Source: an uncultured Clostridia bacterium (GTDB lineage: Bacteria; Bacillota; Clostridia; TANB77; CAG-508). Taken from it: DNA of 64,000 bases. The first letter of the stretch is position 1. Each line of letters begins with the position of its first letter. Below are positions 35,202 to 44,639 of this stretch, piece after piece. A program made the position numbers and the translations under genes. Under the pieces are notes generated by a model, which did no database searches, was not told the DNA's origin, and was given only the letters and a program-made list of their open reading frames with translations. Location: the NCBI GenBank assembly GCA_947623465.1, contig CANQGU010000002.1, positions 42,818 through 106,817 on the forward strand. Reading direction: 5' to 3'.

Positions 35202-35231
35202 TTTAATTTAACCAACTATTTAATTTTATAT

Positions 35232-35306
35232 TGGACTGTAGCCAAGCGGTAAGGCACCAGACTTTGACTCTGGCATGCGCTAGTTCGAATCTAGCCAGTC
35301 CAGCCA
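35232..35306 (+). tRNA. tRNA-Gln (anticodon TTG)
   Basis: Anticodon loop CTTTGAC; close to Bacillus tRNA-Gln(UUG); CCA encoded. Confidence 0.9.
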
Positions 35307-35313
35307 AAAAAAT

Positions 35314-35350
35314 CAAGGCTTTCAAGAAATTGAAAGTCTTATTTTTTTAT
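35314..35350 (+). terminator. Rho-independent terminator of the tRNA operon (ggctttcaa gaaat ttgaaagtc + T7)
   Basis: 9-bp stem followed by a TTTTTTT run. Confidence 0.6.
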
Positions 35351-35643
35351 TGATTTTTGCCTTACTTGTCCAAAACTTGTCCAAACTAAAAGAAAAACAT
35401 AGCAAAAAATAGAACTATACTATAGCGATTTTTAAGTAAATAAGTTATATATTTATAAAAGCAAAAAAAGGTAGACTAGAATTAACTAATTTACCTCTTT
35501 AATTTATTTATATGCATTAACATTTATATAAGCATATCTGTCTGTTTTAACAAGCTATCAAACTTCAATATTATACCATGTTTAGAGTGATGTTTTGTTT
35601 TTTATATTTCACCCTGAAGATAACAGTCTTAGTTATTTTTTTA

Positions 35644-35940
35644 TCAGTGATTAAAATAATTCGTAATTTGTTGTTGGCTATCTACAATAGAATTAGTATA
35701 TTTCTGTTGGCTATCTACTATTGAATCAGTAATTTGTTGTTGGCTATCTACCATAGAATTAGTAAGTTGCTGTTGAGTATCTACAATAGAATTAGTATAT
35801 TTCTGTTGGCTATCCACAACTGTTTCCGTCACAGTTTCCACAGTTTTCTTAGCGAATATTGTTCCCCAAATAAAAACCAATAAAGACCAAAGTAAATATA
35901 ATACTAATGCAACACCTAATACTTTAAGAAAATTCTTCAT
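35644..35940 (-). CDS. Small membrane-anchored protein (98 aa) carrying five tandem 11-aa repeats (VDSQQ[KQ][YIL]TNSI)
   Basis: N-terminal TM helix; the protein repeats correspond to the 5 x 33-nt DNA tandem repeats. Confidence 0.55.
   Translation of the reverse strand: MKNFLKVLGVALVLYLLWSLLVFIWGTIFAKKTVETVTETVVDSQQKYTNSIVDTQQQLTNSMVDSQQQITDSIVDSQQKYTNSIVDSQQQITNYFNH
35660..35825. repeat. Five tandem 33-nt repeats (consensus aatttgttgttggctatctacaatagaattagt) inside the small repeat-protein gene
   Basis: Read directly; ~80-90% identity between units. Confidence 0.7.
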
Positions 35941-36097
35941 ATTAGTTCACCTCCCCCACTTTTTTGTAAAACTTTATAATTATTATACTAATATTAAAAT
36001 TATTTTTCAAGTATTTTGTGATAAGTTCACTAAATATTACCTTAATAAATTCAAGTAATATCGTTATAATATCTTTAAATGGAAGGAGTCGCATAGT

Positions 36098-36448
36098 ATG
36101 GGTAAATCTAAAGGAAATAATAATATTTGGAAAATTATTGGTAATAATATAAGAACTATTAGATTATCAAAAGGATTTACACAGGAACAAATTGCTGAAA
36201 AACTTAATCGTTCTATAAATTTTGTTAGTCTTATTGAACTTGGTAAATCTGGTATGAGTATTGAAACTATTATTGCTATATGTAATATACTAGACATTAA
36301 TAGTGAAAGTGTTTTCAAAGGTTTAATTGATTATAACTTGAAAGAAATGGACAGATATATAATAGAAAGTATTTCTACTTTTAATAGCAGAGATAAACAA
36401 ATTGTAACAGACTTAATACAATATATCATAGAAAGCAAAAAATGCTGA
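36098..36448 (+). CDS. XRE-family HTH transcriptional regulator
   Basis: HTH_XRE motif (FTQEQIAEKLNRSINFVSLIELGKSGMSIETI); RBS GGAAGGAG. Confidence 0.75.
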   Translation: MGKSKGNNNIWKIIGNNIRTIRLSKGFTQEQIAEKLNRSINFVSLIELGKSGMSIETIIAICNILDINSESVFKGLIDYNLKEMDRYIIESISTFNSRDKQIVTDLIQYIIESKKC

Positions 36449-36553
36449 TTTTTTATAAAAAGAAAGAATAACTTTACTGCTTATTTCTAAAACTTAAACA
36501 GAAGCGGTTGTTGTAATAACTAGAACATAATAAATATAAGTTTCATAAAAAAT

Positions 36554-36590
36554 AGAAGATAACATTTTATTTGTTATCTTCTATTTTTAT
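36554..36590 (+). terminator. Hairpin terminator (agaagataac ... gttatcttct + T-run)
   Basis: 10-bp perfect inverted repeat followed by ATTTTTAT. Confidence 0.45.
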
Positions 36591-36754
36591 CATTTAAGTA
36601 TAACTAAAAATCCATTTCTTTCGATAGTTCATCGATAGTATAAACTTTTTTGTTTCCTTATCTACAAATTGAATTTCAAAATTACACACATTTAAAAACT
36701 TTTGAATTGTATCAAAATTTGAGTTCATTTCATTTACAAGGCTTTTTTATATTT

Positions 36755-36988
36755 TTATTTTTGAATTAACATATCAATAGTAACCTCAAGGGCAACCGAT
36801 ATTTTGTAAAGTGTTTCAAAAGAAAAACCACTTTTTGATTTTTCACTTTCCAATCTTCTCATATATTCGTCAGTAATACCTATTGAATTTGCAAGCTCTG
36901 CAGATGTTATTCCTTTTTGTCTTCTATATTTTTTTACATTGTTTCTGATATTATTATAAATACTTTTGCTAAAATAAACTCTTTTCAT
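36755..36988 (-). CDS. XRE-family HTH transcriptional regulator (77 aa)
   Basis: HTH_XRE motif (ITSAELANSIGITDEYMRRLESEKS). Confidence 0.7.
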   Translation of the reverse strand: MKRVYFSKSIYNNIRNNVKKYRRQKGITSAELANSIGITDEYMRRLESEKSKSGFSFETLYKISVALEVTIDMLIQK

Positions 36989-37165
36989 AGATCACTCCTT
37001 ATATAATAATTTTAAATTAATAATAAATTTATTTCTGTAATCTAATTGTTTACATTTTTACTAAAAAGTATTGATAAAATAATAATTGTATGATAATATT
37101 TCAAAAAACAAAATAATATACAAAATTTCGACAAAAAATTATAAAAGATAGGAGGTGTACTTTAT

Positions 37166-37927
37166 ATGTTAATAATATGTAGCAAATGTGGTAAAGAATA
37201 TTCAAACCAAGCAAAAAGTTGTCCTCATTGTGGAACTATAACATCTCAAAATAGATATATTTCAAACAATAATAATTATCAAGATAAAATGCATGCAAAT
37301 AATGGTATAAACAAAAGTACAGGTGGTAGTAGTTGTGGTGCTATATTAGCAATTGTTCTATTATTAGGATTATTCTTTATAGGATATAAATTATTTTTTG
37401 GTGCATTAGGAGAACTAGGAATTGAAAAAGATGATATAAAATCATCGCTTGAAGATGCATGGAATCATGATAGTAAGAAAAGTGAAACAAAGTCTTCATA
37501 TGAATATACAAAAACTTATAATATAGGGGATAAAATTACTACTAATAAATTTGAGATAACTGTTACAGATGTAACTGAAAGGTCAAAAGTAGGTACTCAA
37601 ATATTTAATGAATCAGCAAGTGATGGTAATACTTTTTTGTGCATTAGAATTAAAATCAAAAATATATCTAGTGAACCAATAAAAACATTTTCACAACCTA
37701 CTTTTGATTTAATAGATAGCAAAAATGTTACTTACAGCTCAGACATTTCTGCTTCAGCATATTATGCAACAGAAGTAAATACAACCGCTAACGCTCTAAG
37801 TGATCTAAATCCAGATGTATCAGTTACTGATGCTTATGTTTTTGAACTAGGAAAATCACATTATTTTCAAAATACTTTTAATTTAAAAATTAATGCTGAT
37901 AAAACCATATTAGTTAAAATAAAATAA
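37166..37927 (+). CDS. Zinc-ribbon + TM + DUF4352-domain protein
   Basis: N-terminal CxxC...CxxC ribbon (CSKCGKEY...CPHCGT), one TM helix and a DUF4352-like beta-sandwich region (ITVTDVTERSKVGTQ...FLCIRIKIKNIS). Confidence 0.6.
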   Translation: MLIICSKCGKEYSNQAKSCPHCGTITSQNRYISNNNNYQDKMHANNGINKSTGGSSCGAILAIVLLLGLFFIGYKLFFGALGELGIEKDDIKSSLEDAWNHDSKKSETKSSYEYTKTYNIGDKITTNKFEITVTDVTERSKVGTQIFNESASDGNTFLCIRIKIKNISSEPIKTFSQPTFDLIDSKNVTYSSDISASAYYATEVNTTANALSDLNPDVSVTDAYVFELGKSHYFQNTFNLKINADKTILVKIK

Positions 37928-37962
37928 TTATAAAAAATAACAAAAGATAGGAGAGATTTTAT

Positions 37963-38850
37963 ATGAAAAGTCAAAAAGGTGTAACTTTAATTGTACTTCT
38001 TATAATAATAATAGTTATTATGTTATTTGTAGCTTTTTTAATAAATAAATATTTACATATGAAGACTGATAAAATGGAAGCTGAATATGAAGCAAGATTT
38101 CACACTATAACTTTTGATACAGATGGAGGAAAAACAATATCTCCTAAAAAAGTACAAAGTTTTGCTGGTATTTCAAATGTAAATGCAGAAAAAAGCGGAT
38201 ATATATTTGAAGGATGGTTGTTAGATGGACAGCTTATCGATGTCAATAATTCTACTCCATTAACACAAGATGTAATTTTAAAAGCTAAATATAGAAAGAA
38301 AGTAGATAATGATAATAATACTAATAATTTTTCAAGTAGTTATAACAATCAACCTTCAAGCAATCCAAGTAATAATATAAATACTTCTAATAACAATAAA
38401 CCTTCAAACAATAATTCAAATATTCAAGCACAGCCTGAAGACAAAAAGACTTATAATGTTAATGTAAGAAAAACTCAAACAAATAATTGGGGAGATACAA
38501 TGTGTGCATTAACAGTCACAAATTATCAAACAGAATCATATAATTCTGAAGTAGGTAAAGTTGAAGAAGGACAAGAATGGGTAATAGTCAACATGAAATT
38601 CGAAAATATGTCAGACTCTACAATTATAATTGATAAAAGCGATTTTGAAATAGTAGATGGTGCTGGTAAATATGGATATGCCACATGGTACAAACATTTA
38701 AATACAGAACTTGGTACAAAAGAAATAAAAGCAGGTCAAACTGCCACATTTAGTGCAAGATTTGTCTATTATAAAAACAATGAAATGATTTTACGATTTT
38801 ATCATCCTTCAATAGTAACTGAGGTATACACAGATATAAAATTGAGATAA
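37963..38850 (+). CDS. TM-anchored protein with Listeria-Bacteroides (InlB B-type) repeat and C-terminal DUF4352-like domain; paralogue of the preceding gene
   Basis: FDTDGG...GYIFEGW repeat signature; N-rich linker; DUF4352-like C-terminus (EWVIVNMKFENMSDSTIIIDKSDFEIVDG). Confidence 0.6.
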   Translation: MKSQKGVTLIVLLIIIIVIMLFVAFLINKYLHMKTDKMEAEYEARFHTITFDTDGGKTISPKKVQSFAGISNVNAEKSGYIFEGWLLDGQLIDVNNSTPLTQDVILKAKYRKKVDNDNNTNNFSSSYNNQPSSNPSNNINTSNNNKPSNNNSNIQAQPEDKKTYNVNVRKTQTNNWGDTMCALTVTNYQTESYNSEVGKVEEGQEWVIVNMKFENMSDSTIIIDKSDFEIVDGAGKYGYATWYKHLNTELGTKEIKAGQTATFSARFVYYKNNEMILRFYHPSIVTEVYTDIKLR

Positions 38851-38969
38851 GTGGAAAAATTGTAATTACAATATATTACATTTACAACATTTAATTTTTT
38901 AAAGTGACGTTATAAAAAATCATATAGAAACATTGAAAACTCTATGTTTCGGCCAGTTCAGCCAATACA

Positions 38970-39009
38970 AAAATCCTAGAAAGCTTTATATATAAGCTTT
39001 CTAGGATTT
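38970..39009. terminator. Strong hairpin terminator (aatcctagaaagcttt atata taagctttctaggatt)
   Basis: 16-bp perfect inverted repeat, T-rich flank. Confidence 0.6.
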
Positions 39010-39048
39010 CATTTTATATTTTCAAGTATAATATCTAATTAAAAACTA

Positions 39049-39077
39049 TTGACATATAAAAAATATCTTGCTATAAT
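39049..39077 (+). promoter_or_regulatory. Consensus sigma-A promoter TTGACA-17-TATAAT
   Basis: Perfect hexamers with 17-nt spacer, 30 nt upstream of a small leader ORF. Confidence 0.6.
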
Positions 39078-39106
39078 ACTAATATATAAGTGAAAGAGGT
39101 AAAATT

Positions 39107-39163
39107 ATGAAATTAAGAGTATTTTTAAACAAACAATTACATCATCATCGTAGGAGCTTGTAA
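39107..39163 (+). CDS. Putative 18-codon leader peptide MKLRVFLNKQLHHHRRSL (three consecutive His codons followed by CGT-AGG Arg codons)
   Basis: AAGAGG RBS 7 nt upstream. It sits between a consensus promoter and a strong intrinsic terminator that precedes the GNAT/M20 operon. The CGTAGG hexamer recurs twice downstream and could pair with a following CCTACG. Confidence 0.35.
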   Translation: MKLRVFLNKQLHHHRRSL

Positions 39164-39237
39164 CTATTGCAGTAGAAAATGCGTAGGTACAGGCTAAAAG
39201 TGCTGTGCCTACGATAGTTTAAAAATACTTTTTTAAA

Positions 39238-39302
39238 GATATACAAAAAGACTATATGTAGGAAAAATCTATATATAGTCTTTTTTGTATATCTATTTTT
39301 TT
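39238..39302 (+). terminator. Leader terminator/attenuator: 20-bp stem (gatatacaaaaagactatat / atatagtcttttttgtatatc) + T8, ending 38 nt before the GNAT gene RBS
   Basis: Near-perfect inverted repeat followed by a TTTTTTTT run. Confidence 0.6.
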
Positions 39303-39340
39303 ACCTTTTTTGCTTAATTTATTATAGGAGGAAATTATAT

Positions 39341-39922
39341 ATGAAATGGAAAATTAAAATACTGAATAATTTAAATGATTTTAAAAAAGTATATAGGGTG
39401 TTTTCGGAGCCACCTTATAATGAAAAGTATACAGACGAAGAACTAGAAAATATTTTTATAGAGTATCAAGAAAAAGGATATATGTATGGTTCATATATTG
39501 ATGAAAAATGTGTTGGATTAATAGCATTAGAAAGAGGTGCAAAATCTGATCAGCCAGTTAAATTTCAAGATGAAGATGTTATGTATTTAGCAGATATTGC
39601 AGTATTGAATAATTATAGAAGAAAAGGGTTAGGAAATCAACTTATGTTATATGCTGTTATGCAATCAAAATTATTAGGATATAAAAAATTATATATGAGA
39701 ACTCTAAAAAATGGTTCTATGTCTTATGGTATTGCGTTAAGAATAGGATTCAAACAAATTCCGAATACTTTTCAAAGTGTTGAAAGAGAAAGAATAAACG
39801 GAAAAACAGAAACTATGCAAAACATATTTTTAGAAATTGATTTAAAAAATTTAAATAAAGAAGCCTTAAGACAAGGTATTAATATGTTAAATTATAGTAA
39901 AGGTAATGAAATAGGAGGTTAA
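39341..39922 (+). CDS. GNAT family N-acetyltransferase
   Basis: Acetyl-CoA binding motif A (RRKGLGNQLM); RBS AGGAGG. Confidence 0.8.
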   Translation: MKWKIKILNNLNDFKKVYRVFSEPPYNEKYTDEELENIFIEYQEKGYMYGSYIDEKCVGLIALERGAKSDQPVKFQDEDVMYLADIAVLNNYRRKGLGNQLMLYAVMQSKLLGYKKLYMRTLKNGSMSYGIALRIGFKQIPNTFQSVERERINGKTETMQNIFLEIDLKNLNKEALRQGINMLNYSKGNEIGG

Positions 39923-39924
39923 AA

Positions 39925-40950
39925 ATGTTAGATGTTGTAGAAATTTTAAAAAGATTAGTACAATTCAATACTATTAAGGATAAAGAAAATAAAGAAATAT
40001 TAGACTATATAGAAAATGCATTAATTCCGATGGGATTTAAAACAGAAAAAAGAGATAAATTTTTGATAATGTATAATAAGAAAGAAACATCCTTAGGATT
40101 TTTAGGACATACAGATACAGTTGATTTTACTAATGATTGGAAATATAAAAAATTTGATTTAACTAAGATTGAAAATAAAATATATGGATTAGGTATATGT
40201 GATATGAAATCAGGTATTGCAGCAATAATTTCTGCTATATCTCAGATTGATTTTAAAAATCTTAATAAGGGGATGAAATTATATTTTACATATGATGAAG
40301 AAATTGATTTTTCGGGAATTAAAGATGTTATAAATTATGAAAAAAATTTCCCTAGTACAATTATAATAGGAGAGCCTACTAATAATGAAATTATTACAGG
40401 AAGTAAAGGACTAATGGAATATAAAATTATTTTTAAAGGTATAAAAACACACTCTAGTACTCCTGAAAAAGGTAAAAGTGCAATCATGAGCGCAATATCA
40501 TTTATAAATGAATTAAATATTTTTTATGAAGATAAACTAAAAAAAGATTTAAACTTAAACTTTGAAATTCCTTATACTACTATGAATATTGGAAAAATAA
40601 ATGGAGGAAATGCAATTAACTCAGTTCCAGATTCATGTGAATTTTTTGTTGATTTTAGAACTACAGATAAAGAAAAAGAAAAAAGTATTATCAACATATT
40701 ACAAATATTAAAAGAAAAATATAAATGTGAAATAGAGGTATTAAATAAAATACCAGCTTTTATAAATAAAAGAAAAATATCTAATAAAACTTGTAATTTT
40801 ATTACAGAAGCAAGTTTTCTAAAAAATGATAGAATAATTTTAGGAGCAGGGCCTATAACAGCACATGAAGTAAATGAATATATTACAATTGAAAGTTTAT
40901 ACCATTTAGTTGAACAATATAAAGAGTTAATTAAAAAATATTGTTGCTAA
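39925..40950 (+). CDS. M20-family metallopeptidase / deacylase (ArgE/DapE-like)
   Basis: Metal-binding motifs GHTDTV and GLGICDMKSG; translationally coupled to the GNAT gene (2-nt gap). Confidence 0.8.
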   Translation: MLDVVEILKRLVQFNTIKDKENKEILDYIENALIPMGFKTEKRDKFLIMYNKKETSLGFLGHTDTVDFTNDWKYKKFDLTKIENKIYGLGICDMKSGIAAIISAISQIDFKNLNKGMKLYFTYDEEIDFSGIKDVINYEKNFPSTIIIGEPTNNEIITGSKGLMEYKIIFKGIKTHSSTPEKGKSAIMSAISFINELNIFYEDKLKKDLNLNFEIPYTTMNIGKINGGNAINSVPDSCEFFVDFRTTDKEKEKSIINILQILKEKYKCEIEVLNKIPAFINKRKISNKTCNFITEASFLKNDRIILGAGPITAHEVNEYITIESLYHLVEQYKELIKKYCC

Positions 40951-40995
40951 AAGTAAATTTAATGTTAAATTTAAAATATAAATTTATAAAATAAA

Positions 40996-41030
40996 AAATA
41001 AAAATCCCATAGTTTAGCTATGAGATTTTT
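40996..41030. terminator. Bidirectional hairpin terminator (aaaaatcccatag ttt agctatgagattttt)
   Basis: Inverted repeat between convergent genes. Confidence 0.5.
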
Positions 41031-41056
41031 ATTTATATTATATTATTATTTGTTTA

Positions 41057-41900
41057 TTAATACTCTTTCTTTTCAAAACCTTCTAAATTTGGTTTTTCTA
41101 TATCTTTGTCAGTTACAGTATTTATATCATATTTGTATCTAACATAATCAAATCCTTCTGGAGTTCCGTTCACTCTCATAAAACATATATAAGCATATCC
41201 CAGTGTCTTTTTCAATAAATTCGCCTCTATCATAAAATTTTAAATAATAACAATCCTTATCATCATATTTCTTTTCTTTAATAAATGTAGTCGGATTTAA
41301 TGCAAATAAAAATCTTTCCTTATTGTTCATTGAACTTGTCTCACTTGAAGTTAGACCACTATACATTGCTAAAGTTTCCATATATATTTTCGTTTTATTC
41401 CATACAAGTATACATTGCTCTGAGTCTCTATTTCCCCACTGAATTAAATATTCTTCTCCCTTTTTGGGCTTTATATTTTGCTTAATAACACCATCTTTTT
41501 CCCAACCTTCTCTGATTCCATCTAAAGTTTCAGAATAAAAATGCAAGTTTGTAAAATCTTTAAACGTATCTGATTCTTTTTTTATTTTGCACAATACATT
41601 ATATTTATATATAACTGTTAGCATATACACAAGTATAATTATAATTCCAATTAATATTAATATTTTTTTATATACTTGCAATTTTTTAATTTTTTCATTA
41701 ACTTTTTTCATGTAGTCCACCTCCTTATCATTAATTACATCATTAGTTTTAATAGTATCTGTCATATCTTTGAATATTTGTGTACAATTTTTGCATTGTT
41801 TTAGATGATTTTCAACAAATTCATTTGTTTCTGTAGATGTTACTTTTTCGATATAATTTGGTAATAAATCTTGAACTATTTTACAATTATCACTCATCAT
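41057..41900 (-). CDS. Anti-sigma factor (N-terminal zf-HC2 zinc finger, single TM, extracytoplasmic C-terminal domain); reading frame broken at ~41167. ORF-track piece 41148-41900 lacks the final ~30 aa.
   Basis: HxxxCxxC zinc-binding motif (ENHLKQCKNCTQ). The ORF ends YESERNSRRI*, and deleting one C gives YESEGTPEGFDYVRYKYDINTVTDKDIEKPNLEGFEKKEY*. Overlaps the upstream ECF sigma gene by 11 nt. Confidence 0.6.
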
Positions 41901-42381
41901 TTTTCATCTCCTTTATTTTTTGTTTTGCTCTATAAAAGTTAACTCTTGTCCAAATTTCGCTTTTGCCAATAACATCACCTATTTCTTTAAATGTCATATT
42001 TCCATATAATTTCATATAAAATATTTTTTGTATGTTTTCATCTAATTTTGTAATTTTTTTATACAACATCTGTATATCTTCTTTATTTAGTAATTTTTCT
42101 TCAAAATCGTGTTGAGTATATATTTCTATTGAATTAACATCAATAAAATTTATTTTTTTATTTTTTTTAAGTTCATTAAACCATAAATTTTTGGCAATTT
42201 CACATAACCACACAGACAACTTGCAATTACCTTTAAAGTCATCAATGTGTAGTATGGCTTTATAAAATGTTTCTTGAGTTAAATCTTCTGCTATCTCCGC
42301 ATTATGTGTTAAACAAATTAAAAACTTATATATAAGCATAAAATTTTCTTTATATATTTTTTCCAAATTTCCATTGTCCAT
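41890..42381 (-). CDS. ECF-type RNA polymerase sigma factor (sigma-70 regions 2 and 4)
   Basis: Region 2 (LTQETFYKAILHIDDF...SVWLCEIAKNLWFNE) and region 4 HTH (MTFKEIGDVIGKSEIWTRVNFYRAKQKIKE). Confidence 0.8.
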   Translation of the reverse strand: MDNGNLEKIYKENFMLIYKFLICLTHNAEIAEDLTQETFYKAILHIDDFKGNCKLSVWLCEIAKNLWFNELKKNKKINFIDVNSIEIYTQHDFEEKLLNKEDIQMLYKKITKLDENIQKIFYMKLYGNMTFKEIGDVIGKSEIWTRVNFYRAKQKIKEMKNDE

Positions 42382-42503
42382 CTTTTCTTCCTTTCTACTT
42401 ATATGACAATTTATTTCTTATTTCGTTACATTTTTTATATATTTTTTTACATTATCGACTTTTAAAATTTTATATATAAGTTATATTTAACATCATTATA
42501 TCT

Positions 42504-43586
42504 TTAAAGTTCTACATAAAACTCAATAAACTCTCCCTCATTTTCAACCCAAATTTTTCCACCATGCAAATTAATAATTTCCTTTGTAATTGCTAATCCC
42601 AATCCTGTTCCACCAGTACTACTTGTTCTTGATTCATCAGCTCTATAAAATTTTTCAAAAATTTTTTCTAATTTATATTCTGGAATTTTATCTCCCTTAT
42701 TTTTAAATACCATATTTATCTTGTCTTCGTTTTTAGTTACATCTATTTCAATAGTTGTATTTTCATAACTATAATTAATTGCATTTTTTATAAGATTTCC
42801 AAAGGCTCTAGCAAGCTTATCCCCATCTCCTTGAAAATAGACATGTTCCGGTTTATTTAAAACATATTTTAAATCTCTTGCTTGAAGCATTGGGTAAAAC
42901 TCATCTATTAATTGGTCTAGTAAAATTGATAAATCTATTTTATTTTTTGTAATTGGTGTTTCATGTAAATCATATCTTGTTATATCAAAAAATTGATTTG
43001 TTAGTTCTTCTAACCTTAATGATTTATCTAATGCAATTTTTATATATTTTTCTTGCATTGGTTTTGAAATCTCTTTTTCATCATTTAATAAACTTAAATA
43101 TCCTATAACAGATGTAAGTGGAGTTTTTAAGTCATGAGCCATATACATTATTAAATCATTTTTCTTCTCTGTTTCTTCTTTTGCTTTATTTTTATTTGTT
43201 ATTAAATTAATTCTTATGTTGTTTAATCTATTTTCTAGTATAAGCAAATCACTTGAAAGTTTTATATCTTTTTCAGGTTCTTTTAAAATACTATCCATTG
43301 CAGATATTACTTTTACCATATTATTGTTTGAATTTCTAATAACTATATAAGTGATAATTATAAAGATTATTAAATGCACAATTTCCATTAATAACATTTT
43401 ATTTGCCATACACCAAAAATAAAAACTTCTATTAAAGCTAGATATAGCTTTTGCTATTTGATCATTGTAAATACCATCAACAATAATTTTAAGTATAATA
43501 ATTGCAAGTATAGTATATAGAATTATTTTTAAAATACATTTTATTGCTATACTATTTTTTAATTTTGAAAATTCTTTACTATCCAA
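42504..43586 (-). CDS. Sensor histidine kinase (2 TM, HisKA + HATPase_c)
   Basis: H-box MAHDLKTPLTS; N, G1, G2 boxes (GGTGLGLAI). Confidence 0.85.
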   Translation of the reverse strand: MDSKEFSKLKNSIAIKCILKIILYTILAIIILKIIVDGIYNDQIAKAISSFNRSFYFWCMANKMLLMEIVHLIIFIIITYIVIRNSNNNMVKVISAMDSILKEPEKDIKLSSDLLILENRLNNIRINLITNKNKAKEETEKKNDLIMYMAHDLKTPLTSVIGYLSLLNDEKEISKPMQEKYIKIALDKSLRLEELTNQFFDITRYDLHETPITKNKIDLSILLDQLIDEFYPMLQARDLKYVLNKPEHVYFQGDGDKLARAFGNLIKNAINYSYENTTIEIDVTKNEDKINMVFKNKGDKIPEYKLEKIFEKFYRADESRTSSTGGTGLGLAITKEIINLHGGKIWVENEGEFIEFYVEL

Positions 43587-43664
43587 TTTTTCCTCCTACC
43601 TAACATATTTTTTAAAAAATATTTACAATTAATAATTAGTCTTTTTTCTTATAAATATTTATAA

Positions 43665-44345
43665 TTATTCTATCTTGTACCCTACTCCCCAAACTGTTTT
43701 TATAAACTTTGGATTTTTAGTGTCATCTTTTAGTTTTTCTCTTATTCTCCTTATATGTACCATAACTGTATTGTTATTTTCCAAATATTTTTCTTTCCAT
43801 ACCTTTTCAAATAATTCTTCTGAACTTACAACATTTCCTTTTGATGTTGCCAAATATAAAAGGATATCGAATTCTAATGGTGTTAATTCTATTTCTTTAT
43901 CATATAATAAGCATTTATGCTTCTCTTTATTAATTTCTAAGCCATTTATATATATTATATTTTCTTCGTTTGTCTTATTATATTTTGTATATCTTCTAAG
44001 TTGTGATTTAACTCTTGCAACTAGCTCAAGAGGGTTAAATGGTTTTGTTATATAATCATCTGCACCGATAGTTAGTCCTGTTATTTTATCATTATCTTCT
44101 ATTTTTGCAGTAAGCATTATTACAGGAAACTGAAATTTTTTTTCTCTAATTAATTTGCATATTTCAAATCCATTTTTTCCTTTAATCATTACATCTAATA
44201 TAGCTAAATCTAGCTTTACTGTATTTATACAATTTATTGCTTCTTCTGATGTATAAAATTTATATACATTATAATTTTCATTTTTTAAATACAATTCTAC
44301 TAAATCTGCAATTTCTTTTTCATCATCTAAAACTAAAATGTTCAT
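43665..44345 (-). CDS. OmpR-family response regulator
   Basis: Receiver domain (phospho-acceptor Asp in ILDVMI) and C-terminal winged helix (VHIRRIREKL). Confidence 0.9.
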   Translation of the reverse strand: MNILVLDDEKEIADLVELYLKNENYNVYKFYTSEEAINCINTVKLDLAILDVMIKGKNGFEICKLIREKKFQFPVIMLTAKIEDNDKITGLTIGADDYITKPFNPLELVARVKSQLRRYTKYNKTNEENIIYINGLEINKEKHKCLLYDKEIELTPLEFDILLYLATSKGNVVSSEELFEKVWKEKYLENNNTVMVHIRRIREKLKDDTKNPKFIKTVWGVGYKIE

Positions 44346-44639
44346 AGTTTGTTTATGTTAGACTTTTTATCTAACATCTCCTCCTTTGATTTTAATTATA
44401 ACATATATGTTTTTGTTTTTCATATAACTTACTTAATTGTAAGAAAAATTTAAGATTTTGTTAATCTTTTCTTAAAACTATTCTATTTAAATTGCTATAT
44501 AATTTCTTCATAAAGTAAAAAATTATGTTTATTTTATTAATGCTTATAAATAACACATGAAAGAAAATTTTAGTTTGAAAAAATAAAATTTTTCATAGCT
44601 ATATGTGCCTTTATTTGAAGCAAGAAAGGAAGTTCTCAT

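Noticed and set aside
36064-36318. Minus-strand 84-aa ORF overlapping the XRE regulator gene
   Set aside because: Antisense to a well-supported HTH_XRE gene, with no RBS and a hydrophobic junk translation.
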